Assembly: GCA_002269645.1 (NCBI GenBank)
Contig: NIVC01000199.1
Coordinates: 620,001-684,000, forward strand
Reading direction: 5' to 3'
DNA length: 64,000 nt
From: Macrostomum lignano
Lineage: Eukaryota
Every line of letters begins with the position of its first letter. Position 1 is the first letter of the stretch. The notes under the pieces are model-generated. The model saw only the letters and a list, made by a program, of their open reading frames with translations, was not told the DNA's origin and searched no databases. Of this stretch, positions 27,601 to 40,070 are shown one piece after another. The translations under genes were made by a program, and so were the position numbers.

Positions 27601-29865
27601 AGATATGAGAAATCCCAACCAGAATGGGATCAATCTATATTAGAAATCCCAACCAGAATGGGATCAATCTACATTAGAAATCCTAACCAGATTGGGATCA
27701 ATCTACAATAGAAATCCCAACCAGAATGGGATCAATCTACATTAGAAATCCCAACCAGAATGGGATCAATCTACAATAGAAATCCCAACCAGAATGGGAT
27801 CAATCTACAATAGAAATCCCAACCAGAATGGGATCAATCTACAATAGAAATCCCAACCAGAATGGGATCAATCTACATTAGAAATCCCAACCAGGATGGG
27901 ATCAATCTACAATAGAAATCCCAACCAGAATGGGATCAATCTATATTAGAAATCCCAACCAGAATGGGATCAATCTACATTAGAAATCCCAACCAGGATG
28001 GGATCAATCTACAATAGAAATCCCAACCAGAATGGGATCAATCTACAATAGAAATACCAACCAGAATGGGATCAATCTACAATAGAAATACCAACCAGAA
28101 TGGGATCAATCTATATTAGAAATCCCAACCAGAATGGGATCAATCTATATTAGAAATACCAACCAGAATGGGATCAATCTACAATAGAAATACCAACCAG
28201 AATGGGATCAATCTATATTAGAAATCCCAACCAGAATGGGATCAATCTATATTAGAAATCCCAACCAGAATGGGATCAATCTACATTAGAAATCCCAACC
28301 AGAATGGGATCAATCTACATTAGAAATACCAACCAGAATGGGATCAATCTATATTAGAAATCCCAACCAGAATGGGATCAATCTACATTAGAAATCCCAA
28401 CCAGAATGGGATCAATCTATATTAGAAATCCCAACCAGAATGGGATCAATCTACATTAGAAATACCAACCAGAATGGGATCAATCTACAATAGAAATACC
28501 AACCAGAATGGGATCAATCTATATTAGAAATCCCAACCAGAATGGGATCAATCTACATTAGAAATCCCAACCAGAATGGGATCAATCTACAATAGAAATA
28601 CCAACCAGAATGGGATCAATCTACAATAGAAATACCAACCAGAATGGGATCAATCTACATTAGAAATCCCAACCAGAATGGGATCAATCTACATTAGAAA
28701 TCCCAACCAGAATGGGATCAATCTACAATAGAAATACCAACCAGAATGGGATCAATCTATATTAGAAATCCCAACCAGAATGGGATCAATCTACATTAGA
28801 AATCCCTATTTAAATGGTGAGCGCATCACTCACCTGATGAACACTTCCATAGCCATGACTGGCAGCAGCCGATTGCTATTACCCCCAGCATTTTTAGCTT
28901 TGGCCCCGCCGCCCCCTCGGTCTAGCTGAACGCATTTCTTTACGCGCTTTTCAATTCGAGCTCGCTGTTCGCGCAGCTTCGGTCCAGTCCAGTCCTTGGC
29001 CCCGTCTAGTACGAATAGCGGCGTGATGCCGCACTCCACCATGCTGGAGAATGCTCTCCGCAGCTCTCTGTAGCGGTGATAGCCAGTTTAAGTGGCTATA
29101 CATAGTTAAACATCTAAATAATGTGTGTATTCTTACAATTACTTAGCATCTTAGCATACTTACCTATAGACTATCAAATAACTTCAGCTAGATCCTCATA
29201 TCTAACTAGCCAATCCCCTTACCTATATTACCTCAGATCCTCATATCCAACTAGCTAATCCCCTTACCTGGATTACCTTAGATCCTCATATCCAACTAGC
29301 TAATCCCCTTACCTGGATTACCTTAGATCCTCATATCCAACTAGCTAATCCCCTTACCTGGATTACCTTAGATCCTCATATCCAACTAGATAATCCCCTT
29401 ACCTGGATTACCTTAGATCCTCATATCCAACTAGATAATCCCCTTACCTGGATTACCTTAGATCCTCATATCTAACTAGCTAATCCCTACCTAAACTACC
29501 TCAAATCCTCATATCTAACCAGCTAATCCCTACCTAAATTACCTCAAATCCTCATATCTAACCAGCTAATCCCTACCTGGATTACCTCAAATCCGCATAT
29601 CTAACCAGCTAATCCCTACCTGGTTTACCTCAAATCCTCATATCTAACCAGCTTATATCTACCTATATATGTCATTGTCAGGGCAGATTTCTTACCTGAC
29701 ATACTGACCATATTCTCCAGCAAAAAGATATTCAATATTGTGCAGGTGATACAAATGATGTGCTAAATTGGAGGCATCAATCACTAGATAGCAGTTGCGC
29801 AGCCGATGCCTATGCAAATTATTGCTATGCTGTAGCATATATGTTTGAAGACCTTGTACACCCAT
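21276..29865 (-). CDS. ASTE1: Asteroid homolog (XPG/FEN1-like PIN-fold nuclease family), ~647 aa
   Basis: Exons 29696-29865 (MGVQGLQTY...LVIDASN...GEY), 28834-29067 ([11 protein letters not shown]...EVFI), 27289-27562 (GDADN...[15 protein letters not shown]), 24721-25025 ([13 protein letters not shown]), 23986-24164, 23033-23371 (LYLPVGIED...[10 protein letters not shown]), 22033-22256 ([12 protein letters not shown]), 21276-21494 ([10 protein letters not shown]). Phases consistent; 1944 nt total. Confidence 0.92.
21590..22010. repeat. Intronic minisatellite, ~33-bp unit (ccaggtattcagactcatccatagccttaatat), ASTE1 intron 7
   Basis: Period 21618 to 21651, with alternating unit variants. Confidence 0.9.
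22440..22975. repeat. Intronic minisatellite, ~16-bp unit (catgacacatgacatt), ASTE1 intron 6
   Basis: Direct reading. Confidence 0.9.
23390..23960. repeat. (TTAG)n microsatellite, ASTE1 intron 5
   Basis: Direct reading; occasional TCAG/TTGG variants. Confidence 0.97.
24210..24700. repeat. (CAGA)n microsatellite, ASTE1 intron 4
   Basis: Direct reading. Confidence 0.97.
25075..27235. repeat. Intronic minisatellite, 23-24-bp unit (gggcgattctcatgggtagtgaa), with a 469-bp higher-order duplication, ASTE1 intron 3
   Basis: Identical spurious ORFs at 25443/25912, 25445/25914 and 25468/25937 give a 469-bp offset. Confidence 0.95.
27598..28806. repeat. Intronic minisatellite, 34-bp unit (agaaatcccaaccagaatgggatcaatctacatt), ~35 copies, ASTE1 intron 2
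   Basis: Period 27608 to 27642. Each unit contains an ATCCCA/TGGGAT hairpin. Confidence 0.97.
29170..29665. repeat. Intronic minisatellite, ~45-bp unit (gatcctcatatccaactagctaatccccttacctggattacctta), ASTE1 intron 1
   Basis: Period 29281 to 29326. Confidence 0.92.
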
Positions 29866-29919
29866 GGTTTGTCAATAATCAGAAATGTTCATTGTTCTTC
29901 ACTGAAAAAATGCATTATA

Positions 29920-30430
29920 CAAGGGGTGTCCCAAAAGTTCTTGGTATGTTTGTTCTAGCTCCTCAGTACCTTGAACATTTTTCATGTTTTAAATGTCAAA
30001 TTAAAGATAATTTTGCAATGAAAAAAACTTGTCATTTGAATTTCCTTTCTATCTGGTCTCAGTCAAGAGTTATACCAGGAAATGTGAGGGAAGGTCAGTA
30101 GACTCAGTACTAGTGTTACACAACTTTGAATGTCTGTGGTGTCCTGTTTCTATCATCAATTTGTTTGCCAAAATTAACTTTGAATTCATCAGAAAGATGT
30201 GGAAATGTCTATGGATGAAACCAGTAAAATTTCTGATCAGATCTTGTGGTGCCAGTGCTTGCTTATTCCATACCCAAGTGCTTGCTTTTGGCTAGAGACT
30301 TAAAGATGATCTTTTTTCTCTATAGCTTTGAAAGTCAGCTGCTAGTCATTCATGGCTGTTGGTCATTCAAAGTGGATTGGCCATCCTTGAACCATTGGAT
30401 TTATCTGTAAATAGCTATTTTCTTAAAGCT
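29920..30430 (-). mobile_element. Decayed Tc1/mariner transposon fragment
   Basis: TIR-like TA|CAAGGGGTGTCCCAAAAG at 29918-29937. The minus-strand frame with stops reads WFKDGQSTLNDQQP*MTSS, resembling the mariner HTH 'WF..FK.G..SL.D..R.GRP' motif. The other end was not securely found. Confidence 0.6.
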
Positions 30431-33329
30431 GTTATCACCATGGATTAAGAAAATATGATGGATTATATAATATGTATACACATATCCAGTAGCAAGGGAT
30501 AACTAGATTTTATAGTTTTCATTTTGAAACAAATTGCAATTAGTGTCAATGAGTAATTTTATCCAGTGGCTAAAATATATAAATTTATGTTATATATGTG
30601 TATTTTGTTTTGCATGAGCCATAAATCAAAAGTGAGTTCCTTTTTTGAATTTTGAATCTATGCAGGCTCAATAAGTCAATAACCAAGGTCTACTCCAAAT
30701 AACTAGCTTGCTATAAGTGTTATAGCCTAGTTATCAAGTTTATAGGTCTGTTTAACTTATAAAACTAGACTAGATTTATTTGATATATACTAGGCCCATC
30801 AAAATTCTTTACCTAAACATTTATACCTAGCTATGTTAATGTATATATTTAGCTTTCAGTTTCAATTGTTAACAGTGTTTTAAACCAATATAAGTAAACA
30901 TTTTTGTCCTTTTTTAAAAATAATTTTAATTAGCCTAACTATGTCTAATATCTATAGAGGTTGGAGTCATTTTGGCAAAAGGGGAATTTGAACAACAAGA
31001 ACCTAACAAATCATTGATCAACTAAATCATGTTACTTTATCATGGTAATGTTTGTATATATACTGCAATATATTTGAACTGAATATACCCCATAGTTTGG
31101 AAGGTGACATGTACACTAAGATTTCCTGGTATACAACAAAGGTACTTGCCATTTTTCCACAGGGCCAATTGAGTCACATGATTTTTTATAACTAACATTG
31201 AAAGAGCATAGAACTTGATTTAGCACACTTGTTGAACCCCCCCAAATAATTTCTATTGGCAGTTAGTGATAAGTCATGATATTTGGGAGAACCCTTGTGT
31301 ACTCAGATTTTTTATTGGCTATAATAAAAAAAATTAGCTATCCTATTTTTTGCAACACAGTGTATTGTATATTTTGCCAACAATTTTATAATCAAACACT
31401 TTTCACAACAAAACAAAACTGATGTCTATTTTTATTTTCTTTTTTATAGCTAATTTAAAAAATTCTAGCTAATTTAAATGATTTTAATTAATATTTAAAT
31501 GATTTAAATAATTTAGAACTAAAGTCTTGGTTATCTAGTATATTTACAGTTCAATTCTGGGTTTTTTGTCAAATGCTGCAATGCAAAATGGCATAATGGC
31601 ACCAAAATTGTTATGCCATTTTCAATTTTGACATGCCATTGGCATGATAAAATGCAACTTGCCATTGATCATAAAGTGCAAGTTGTAAATCATGCAATCA
31701 CCATAACAAAAAGGGTAGGCCTAGTATTTGAACAAATTTAAAAGCAAAACTGAAATTTGCATTTCGAATTGGGGATTTAGCATTAGCAATTTGGCAATGG
31801 CATAATGGCAAAAAACAAAAACCCAGGTTTAATTTGAATATTTTATTTTTTCATATTCACACTAATTGGATTATAGATTTTTTGAGAGAATCAATAGAAA
31901 CTATATGTGTATGTATGGGAACTGATCAAAAGAGTAACAGATCAAAAGGGCAACAGTTAAAAGGGCAGGTATAGCTGCCTAGGGCAACAGTCATAACAAT
32001 TACAAGTCCATGTGTATTAGACTTGTATTTGTCAAAATGTACATTTGTTAAAATTAATTTTGTTAAATATATGAGTAGTTATAGGCAGTTTATGGGAATT
32101 AAGTTTAAGTTAAATGGGCAGTTTACAAAGCATAACTATAATAATAACTTTGACTTTGGATATGTATAAGTCTAGTCATAAAAACTGTTATATAGGATAA
32201 TTAATCATAGCTTTGAATCTAAATAAGATAATAGCAGTTAGGGACACCCTATTAGCTAGAGCTGCTTCTCTTCTAAATTACTTCTAGCCATAAATCATAA
32301 CATGAATGAAAACTACAATGGTAATTTAAACTAGGTACAAATTCAAATTTGAAGATAGTTATGCAAAATAAACTATAACATTGCCAAGGAGCTTTTCACT
32401 TATGTAGGATTTTATGAATTCCAACAAAATATAATTTCTATAAAGGCAAAATGCTTAGCACTAAGAAAGCTGATATTTTTTACTTTATTTGAGATTAGCA
32501 CAGAAGTACAGATCTGCTATTGGCAACAATATATAAGCTAGAAGTTGGATGGGATCCCAATCTTAAAATCTTGGGATCTTTAGAAATTGGATTCTCATGG
32601 GATTAGGATCTTGACCCTTGAAAAATTGGGAATTGAGACAAGGTCTTTTGAATCAAAATTTGAAGAATCAGTAATTACTTATTCTAAGGTACTGCTTGTC
32701 CCCATGGTTCTATACATTCATGCCCAACACCTGTCCAACCCATCCAAACTGGACGGGTGAAATGGCCGCCAGCCAAGGTAGGTCACAAAATAGAAAATTT
32801 TTAAAACAAAAAATTGGGGGAAGAAAGACAGGAGAGGAAGAGAAAAGGAAAAGAAAGGAGGGAGAAGAGAGAGAGGGGAAGAGGAGAGAGAAAGACAAAG
32901 AGAAGAAAAGAGAAAAAGTCAAGAAAAGTCATATACAAAGTGAAAATTAAGTCACAATCAAGGGAACTAAGTTGCAATCAAGAGGAACTAAGTTGCAAAT
33001 CTGGACAAAACTTAGTCACACTAAGAGGTGAAATTTTTAGGTTGGGCATATTTGGTTCTATACCAATAATATCATGCTCATTTTTACAGTATCATAGGGA
33101 CAATTTTTTGCTTTTCTGCATGGAACACTGGCAAGATAGCCTTCCTATTATCTGCATAGTTGCTGTTAGGCTTATCTATCCATATCTGGCTTATCTACCC
33201 AGAACACTAGCAACATGGCTTTCTGCATATGCCATGGAAATAAATTAGCACTTCATGGTAAAGTACTGTAATAGGGTCAATCTTTTATTCTTACTAATAG
33301 TAGTTTTAAGCGGGTTTAATGAGCTATTT

Positions 33330-33610
33330 TTACTCAGCCAATCAGTGAATTTCCTTGTTTAAATCCCTAAATTATTTTGTTTTAAATAACTTCAGCCAAT
33401 GGAGTTTAATATTTTGTTAAAATTTCGTAAACTATTTTTGTTATAACTAATTTCAACCAATCAAATTTCGTTTTATCCACTATATAAACGAAACAATTTA
33501 CCAAAAATAAAAGTAACTTGCTCTTCCGCGAATCTTCGCAAGCTCGCTCTCAACCGGAGAAGGAGCGTTTGACATTCAAACCAAAACATAAGTTGAAACT
33601 TGTGAGTCTT
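33330..33610 (+). promoter_or_regulatory. Pol II promoter-like module: 3 CCAAT boxes, TATA, short leader ending in a gtgagt donor
   Basis: CCAAT at ~33337, ~33395, ~33457; TATATAAA 33481-33488; donor gtgagt ~33602. A similar layout occurs at 48720-49050. Confidence 0.45.
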
Positions 33611-33620
33611 AGTTCTTTGT

Positions 33621-33980
33621 ATAAATAGGGAGAAACCAGAGGTCGTGGAGACCCAGAACTAGGGATCTAAATAGGGAGAAACCAGAGGTCGTGGAGACCC
33701 AGAACTAGGGATCTAAATAGGGAGAAACCAGAGGTTGTGGAGACCCAGAACTAGGGATCTAAATAGGGAGAAATCAGAGGTCGTGGAGACCCAGAACTAG
33801 GGATCTAAATAGGGAGAAATCAGAGGTCGTGGAGACCCAGAACTAGGGATCTAAATAGGGAGAAACCAGAGGTCGTGGAGACCCAGAACTAGGGATCTAA
33901 ATAGGGAGAAATCAGAGGTCGTGGAGACCCAGAACCAGGGATCTGAATAGGGAGAAACCAGAGGTCGTGGAGATCCGAGA
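33621..33980. repeat. 46-bp tandem repeat, 8 copies (taaatagggagaaaccagaggtcgtggagacccagaactagggatc)
   Basis: Period 33623 to 33669, etc. Confidence 0.95.
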
Positions 33981-35154
33981 CAGAGGTCTAAAATTAAGGA
34001 GAAATTTAAGGTCATATAGACTCTAAGAAAGCCATACTGGCTAATAATGGGTATTAGGCGCTAGGGAATTAGGCATTAGAGGGGTGAATTAGCTACTGCT
34101 GGACACCCTTGATCCTCAGAAAACGCTAGATTTTCGGACTAAATTAGGAATTAGACAGTGTCTTACCGCTCGGGCACTACACGCTATCACAAGGTTTCTA
34201 AGAAATTGTGTGAGTTAGGGAATTCTAAGAAAATCATTGTATAGGACAGCCAACGCTACTTAAAATAGGCATCTTAGTGATATTTAAATAGAGAAGAACA
34301 AGAAAGTCTAGAACAACTTGGTGGATTCAAGGTAGGACAGAAAGAGGACCCAACAGGGGGGCTATGACAGTACTTAAGTATTGTAAAGGCTTTGATAAAC
34401 TTAAAGTTAAATAGTTATATGTACATAAACAATTTTATGCACCTCTAATTATATTTATAAGTTCACAAGCTTCAGGCTTGACTTCAAGCTTCACAAGTTC
34501 AAATGTTATTAATTATGTAATTTGAAGAAATGAAACAAAAGCTCCACTTGTACAATTTGTGTCCTTTAACAAGACACTCAACTCTGCAAATTGCTTCAGT
34601 TCACTCAGCTGTTAAATAGGTACTAGCATTAGCTGGGGTAATTGGTAGTGGGTGTGGCATCTCCTTAATTCATGGACTAAACAGCTGTATGCAGCCCTCA
34701 TATGCACTGCACAATAGTTGGAGCTATACTTTTGGCTGCACATCTGGCCTAAAAAGGTTAAATATCCAAAAGGTAAAAAAATATTATCAAAGTTTTTACA
34801 CATGGTTCCTGATGGATTCACAATTAATTATGGGTTTTTATTAGTGTACTGATCTGCTAGTTTGGTATTAGGCAACACACTATTGTTAGAGCTTCCTTTG
34901 CCCTTGCCCTCGCCCTGGGTTGCTGTCTGCCACTGGGCAGCCTCCCTTTCTTCTTGCTGCCTATTATCTGTTGCCCCCCCTCTTCTCTGCACTCTTGCTT
35001 GCAGCCATGAGCTTCTCTGCTATGGCCTGCTCTGCATTTTGTTCCTATCTTGAGGTCATGCTGGTGGCCTGTTTCCCTTGTCATGTGAGCAAGTCTTGTT
35101 TTCTTGAAGTCCTAAAGTGTAGTAAATATGTTTCCCTTGCCTTCTTTAAGGTAA

Positions 35155-35345
35155 CAGGTGACTCATGTTTCTAAAAATAGATATTGAGTCATATGGCCTA
35201 TGCACTTTGCCTGCAGACCCTGCCTTTTATATAGCAGAGGGTGACGTCAGTTCTAAAAATAGAACAGAGTCACGAGGTCTGGCAACCACTGGCCCAATGG
35301 GGACTCCCTGCCTATAAATACATGCCCCTCACCCTTGGTTCAGTC
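35155..35345. promoter_or_regulatory. Bidirectional promoter-like module with MEF2, AP-1 and CRE consensus sites
   Basis: CTAAAAATAG at 35171 and 35253; TGACTCA 35159; TGAGTCA 35185; TGACGTCA 35242; minus-strand TATA ~35226-35233; CCAAT ~35294; TATAAA 35313; TCAGT ~35340. Confidence 0.5.
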
Positions 35346-38279
35346 AAGGAGTTGTTGAATTAGTCTTCTTATTCTTTTTCTTGTTGTTCTTCTTTAGTCT
35401 AGTTTTCTAGACTACATTTAGTTGCCCATTGGCCTGACTAAACTTAGATACCAAAGCCTAATGGAGGCTAACACTGCCTTCTCAGCCACCCCCTAAGCCT
35501 AGTGGGATCTGCTGACCAGGATGCCTTGTTCATTAATCTGCAAATCTGCACGCTGTGCTTAGTTCATTGACTTATTTATTTTGTTCCAACAGGAAGCTCA
35601 TCTCACCAAAGGCCAAGATCTAAAGGAACTGGTAACAGTACTACCTATGCTACTAAGAGCTAATAGAAGACTTCCAGTTGAAAAGCCAGAGAGCCCAAAT
35701 CAACCTGATTTGCTATGAAGCCAACAATTTGTGCTAGAAAACACTCCATCTGAAAAAATAGTTGTTTGCATAACTAGAAGCTATGGCAGACCAAAGAAGA
35801 CTGTGGTAACCAGCTTCTCAATAGTACAAGCAGTTGCTTTGGGTGCTAGTATAAAAAAATAAACTCTAGGGTTTGATTTTGAGGTTCCATTCTTTCCAAG
35901 CCAGCTTAATAGTGATGCTGTCATTGAAAATGAGCCTAATTTTGTTGAATGGGAAGACTATACATCAATTGTCAAAGATTATTATACTGATGGCTATAAA
36001 CAATCCTTTGTCTTAGGCTATTGTATCTGTTGCAGCATTGAGCTTAGTGTTTTCTGATGTGTTACCTATCAATTTGATCTGTGTGGCAGTTGCCATGACA
36101 TAACACATGGAGAATTTGCACCTCAAAAATGTTTCCTATAGAATATAAGTGGCTCTGAACTTATAACTATAAGCTACTGTCCTAACTGAATATACTAGTT
36201 TTCATTTTATTAGCACTTTTAGCATGGTCATTTTTTATTTAAGGTAATTATTTTTTAATATCAATTAGAGTTGTTCAATGAGATTCCAGGCAAGGAAAAT
36301 CCTACTGTCTCTCTTTTCTGCTGCAGTAGTACTAAACTGAGACTAGTAATTTCAGTAGAATCACAAATGCAAAACTATTTTGTACCAATAGAGTTAAACA
36401 TTCCAAGGTTTTTACATGCCAGTTATGCAATAAACTTGATTCTTTATTAGCTGCAAGCTATTTTCCTGGCACAACATCAACCCTATACAATTGGCCAACT
36501 TTTTTTTCTATAAATCTATTATCAACACTGGACTCACTCTGCTCTGATGGCAACATTTCCATGCATTGTGCAATTAGCTGCTTTTTCAAAGGCAATATAG
36601 TTGCTCAAGGTTGCTGGAATAGCAGGTTGGTCAGTGAAGTTTATCAAAAAGTCCAACAACATGGAGTCCTTATGCAATTTTGTGAATTACAGCCACAAGC
36701 TGCAAATTGGCCAAGTACTTGCATCTTGTGCCCTGACCAAAACTCTAGCCACAAAACTGTAATTTGTGGTGACGCATTGTTTGGTTGATGATGACTGAAA
36801 GGTATGGGCTCCAAATAGTGCTATGAATGTGATGATGGTTGCTCTTTACCAGCACCTTTAGTTTATATATCCATTCCCAAACATCTAGCATCTGCTGAAT
36901 TGGCACAAGGCTATCCTAACTAGAAAGTAGAAACAGTAGAACCCAAGGTCAGAGCTAGTAAACATGACATAAATGGCTTCTTTGGTCTTTTCTACCATCA
37001 CAACAGGCTTTTATCAGGCTATGACATTACAAATTTACAATATACTTTATACTTTACATTACAAGCTAGATAGGGTTTATGCTATAATATTTTTGAATGT
37101 TTCTAAAGGCTGCCATTTTTCCTACAAAATCCTAAATTTGTTTTAGAAAAACACTTTTCTACACTATTGATAATTTAAATACAAGGCATTTTATAGGGAA
37201 AAAATCTTGCAATTCTTGTGCTTAGTGCTTGAAAAAAGCAAAGTGAATCTAGCAAACTCTACGTGGAAACAGAAACACTACTTTTGTCAGACATTCACTG
37301 TATAGTTTTGCAACAAAAGCTAAGTTATAGTTTAAAATTTTCATTTAAAAAATATGATAAGTACTTACTTTTTAAAAGTACATTTCAAGGCCATTAAAGG
37401 CCATGCTATTTACCTGTTTTTAGTTCTCTAACAAAGTCATAGACTTAAAATTGCTGACTTCTTCTTAGTTAGATTACTGTGTTAGCTTCTATTAGTATGT
37501 TTTTAGAATAGAAGGAGATATGATAGCCCTTTGCCTTTTGGGTCTACACTTAGCTATAATAATTCAATCTAATAGCCAATTTAAGCAATATTGAGGGTAG
37601 TTAAGCTACTGTATTGAATTATTATAACTTTTTTCTTTGGATAAACATACCAATCTGGCATTTATGCCATGGTAGAAAGGCAAAAAATTCTAAGGCCAAC
37701 ATAATGTTGGTAGCCAAGCTATGTTATATTGATGTTACCAAGCCCATGCTATCAATATTTTACACTTCATTAGAATTATTACTAGAGAAAAAGCATGGCC
37801 AGATCTTAGAGAATTAGTATAGTTGGATTAATAAATGTACATGCTGACAAGGTGTTAATATTTATTGTATATTATACTTGAACTATTGCTTGGTTGACCC
37901 CCTATTTTTATTTTAGCATTTAATTAATTGTGGGATCAACTAACTGTGCAATTAAGGCACCCAATATGGGTGCTTAAGAGACACTACGTCTATGAGCTTA
38001 TGAGCTTATGAGGTATTGGTCAATACTAATTATAGGAATGGTAGCCATGGAAGTCAGAACTTGCTAAGGAGTGTTTGACCAGCCAAATCAACCAATCCTA
38101 AAAATGAATAATGCTAGAGCATTGGTCCTTTACTATGTCCAACTTTAAAAGCTGTTATTGGTTAGATAACTAGGCCAATAGCACAGAATGATCCTGCTGA
38201 GACTCAACTCCAACATTTTGCAAACTGTCAGTGTAATTTCAGTCTGATTTTTACATGATTTTCAATGATTTTTATAATC

Positions 38280-38580
38280 AAATTGAAATATGCCCAAATT
38301 TTCTCCAACTTTCACTTGTTTGTTAGGTTGATGAAATATAGACAAAATTCGGAGTTGTTTTGGCTCAATTTTCCACCAACATTTCTCCAATTTTCACCTA
38401 AATTTGTCTGTAAAAAGTTGGCTGAAGTTTGGCACAATGTTGGCACAATTTTTTGCTGACATTTCTTAGATTTTCACCTAAATTTGTCTGTAAAAAGTCA
38501 GTTGAAGTTCAAAACAGTGTTGGCACAATTTTTCACCAACATTTCTCTGATTTTCACCTAAATTTGTCTGTAAAAAGTTG
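38280..38580. repeat. Degenerate ~80-bp tandem repeat (ttttcacctaaatttgtctgtaaaaagt core)
   Basis: Core at ~38395, ~38475 and ~38555. Confidence 0.75.
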
Positions 38581-38769
38581 ACCCCATTTTACGGTGATCC
38601 CCTCAGGCAATTCCTGGTATACACCTGGTCAGTGTCGTAATTCCTTTCAATCTTGTCCAACTTTAGGACTGTTTTGTTCTACACGACTACAACACATTAT
38701 TACCTTTCATAGTGACCACATTTAGACCATTTTGTTCAGAACCACAATGCTACCGTTCTATAAATATCA

Positions 38770-39305
38770 TATTGTAACTAGCTACTGTCTACTAACACTT
38801 GCATGCTAGGTGGTAGGTAGATCAATGCTGGATAATTTGTCTACTAGCTACTAGCTACTGTCTACTAATGCTTGCACACTAGATAGATCAATTCTGCATA
38901 ATTTGTCTACTAGCTACTAGCTACTGTCTACTAACACTTGCATACTAGATGGGTCAATGCTGCATAATTTGTCTACTAGCTACTATCTACTAACACTTGC
39001 ACGCTAGATGGATTGATGCTGCATAATTTGTCTACTAACTACTGTCTACTAACACTTGCATGCTAGATGGATCAATGCTGCATAATTTTTCTACTAGCTA
39101 CTAGCTACTGTCTACTAGCTTTTTGCTATTGTCTACTAACACTTGCATGCTAGATGGATCAATGCTGCATAATTTGTCTACTAGCTACTGTCTACTAACA
39201 CTTGCATGCTAGATGGATAGATACTGTATAATTTGTCTACTAGCTACTAGCTACTGTCTACTAATGCTTGCACGCTAGATGGATTGATGCTGAATAATTT
39301 GTTGC
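38770..39305. repeat. ~55-65-bp tandem repeat (ctagctactgtctactaacacttgcatgctagatggatcaatgctgcataatttgtcta), possibly CACTA subterminal
   Basis: About 8-9 imperfect copies. Confidence 0.85.
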
Positions 39306-40070
39306 ACAGCTGTCAAACAGGTAAAAGTTTGAGTTTTTTATAATTCATTATAATGAGTTTATTCATTCTGTACATACTAGTTTTCTGTCAATACTTTTGA
39401 GCTTTAACAAAATGGCTTCAGTTTATGGGTAACAATGTGACCTTGAACAGAACATTCACAAAGCATAGTTACAGTTAACAGTAACATGTGACCCTATTGT
39501 CACAAATAAGAATTGTCACATTAAGCAGTTAGCAACATTATAGACACAAGTGAAATAGTCATATACCCTTTTTGTCACCATGATCCATTTTATGCAGTCA
39601 TATTTCTTCAGTTAACTATTTTGCAGTATTATACTATGTAATGTGTGCTGTATTATTAATTATAAAATATATCAGTAAAGACAGTTTTGATTGTGCACTA
39701 TTCCGTTGACTTCAATTATTTCTGTAGATTTAGAGATTTATATAAAATAATTGTAGGATATTATTAAACTATGGCAGCAACTTTTTTAAAAATTTATTAC
39801 TAGTCTATTTTGATGGGGTGTTTTTGTTAAAATTGGATACTGGAAAAAAAGTATTCAAAGCCTATTCAAAGTTGTATATATAGAATGTGTATGCATGTAC
39901 ATTTTGCTTTTTGCATTACTATATAAATAGCTTTCAAGTACAAAACCCCTTCCTGTAGCTGCATTTGGCACATGTCTCTATGCACAATAATTCCCCACTA
40001 AAAAAGAAAGTGACAAAAAGATTGGAGGCAGTGCAATAAAGATAAAAAAAGAAAAAGAGACAACAAGGCT

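Noticed and set aside
20287-28800. Repeat-derived ORFs at 20.3-21.0, 21.5-22.1, 24.2-24.7 and 25.1-27.2 kb
   Set aside because: Stop-free by virtue of the tandem units; they lie in or next to ASTE1 introns.
27598-28806. 34-bp hairpin-containing repeat resembling a CRISPR direct repeat
   Set aside because: Head-to-tail units with no unique spacers, no cas genes, inside a spliceosomal intron.
32696-33000. Lys/Glu/Arg-rich ORFs
   Set aside because: Low-complexity purine tract.
36500-37000. Decayed minus-strand coding remnant (KQCVTTNYSFVARVLV...LLDFLINF)
   Set aside because: Protein-like but unassignable by eye.
37982-37990. CACTAC as the left terminus of the CACTA element
   Set aside because: No matching inverted copy was found near 46-48 kb.
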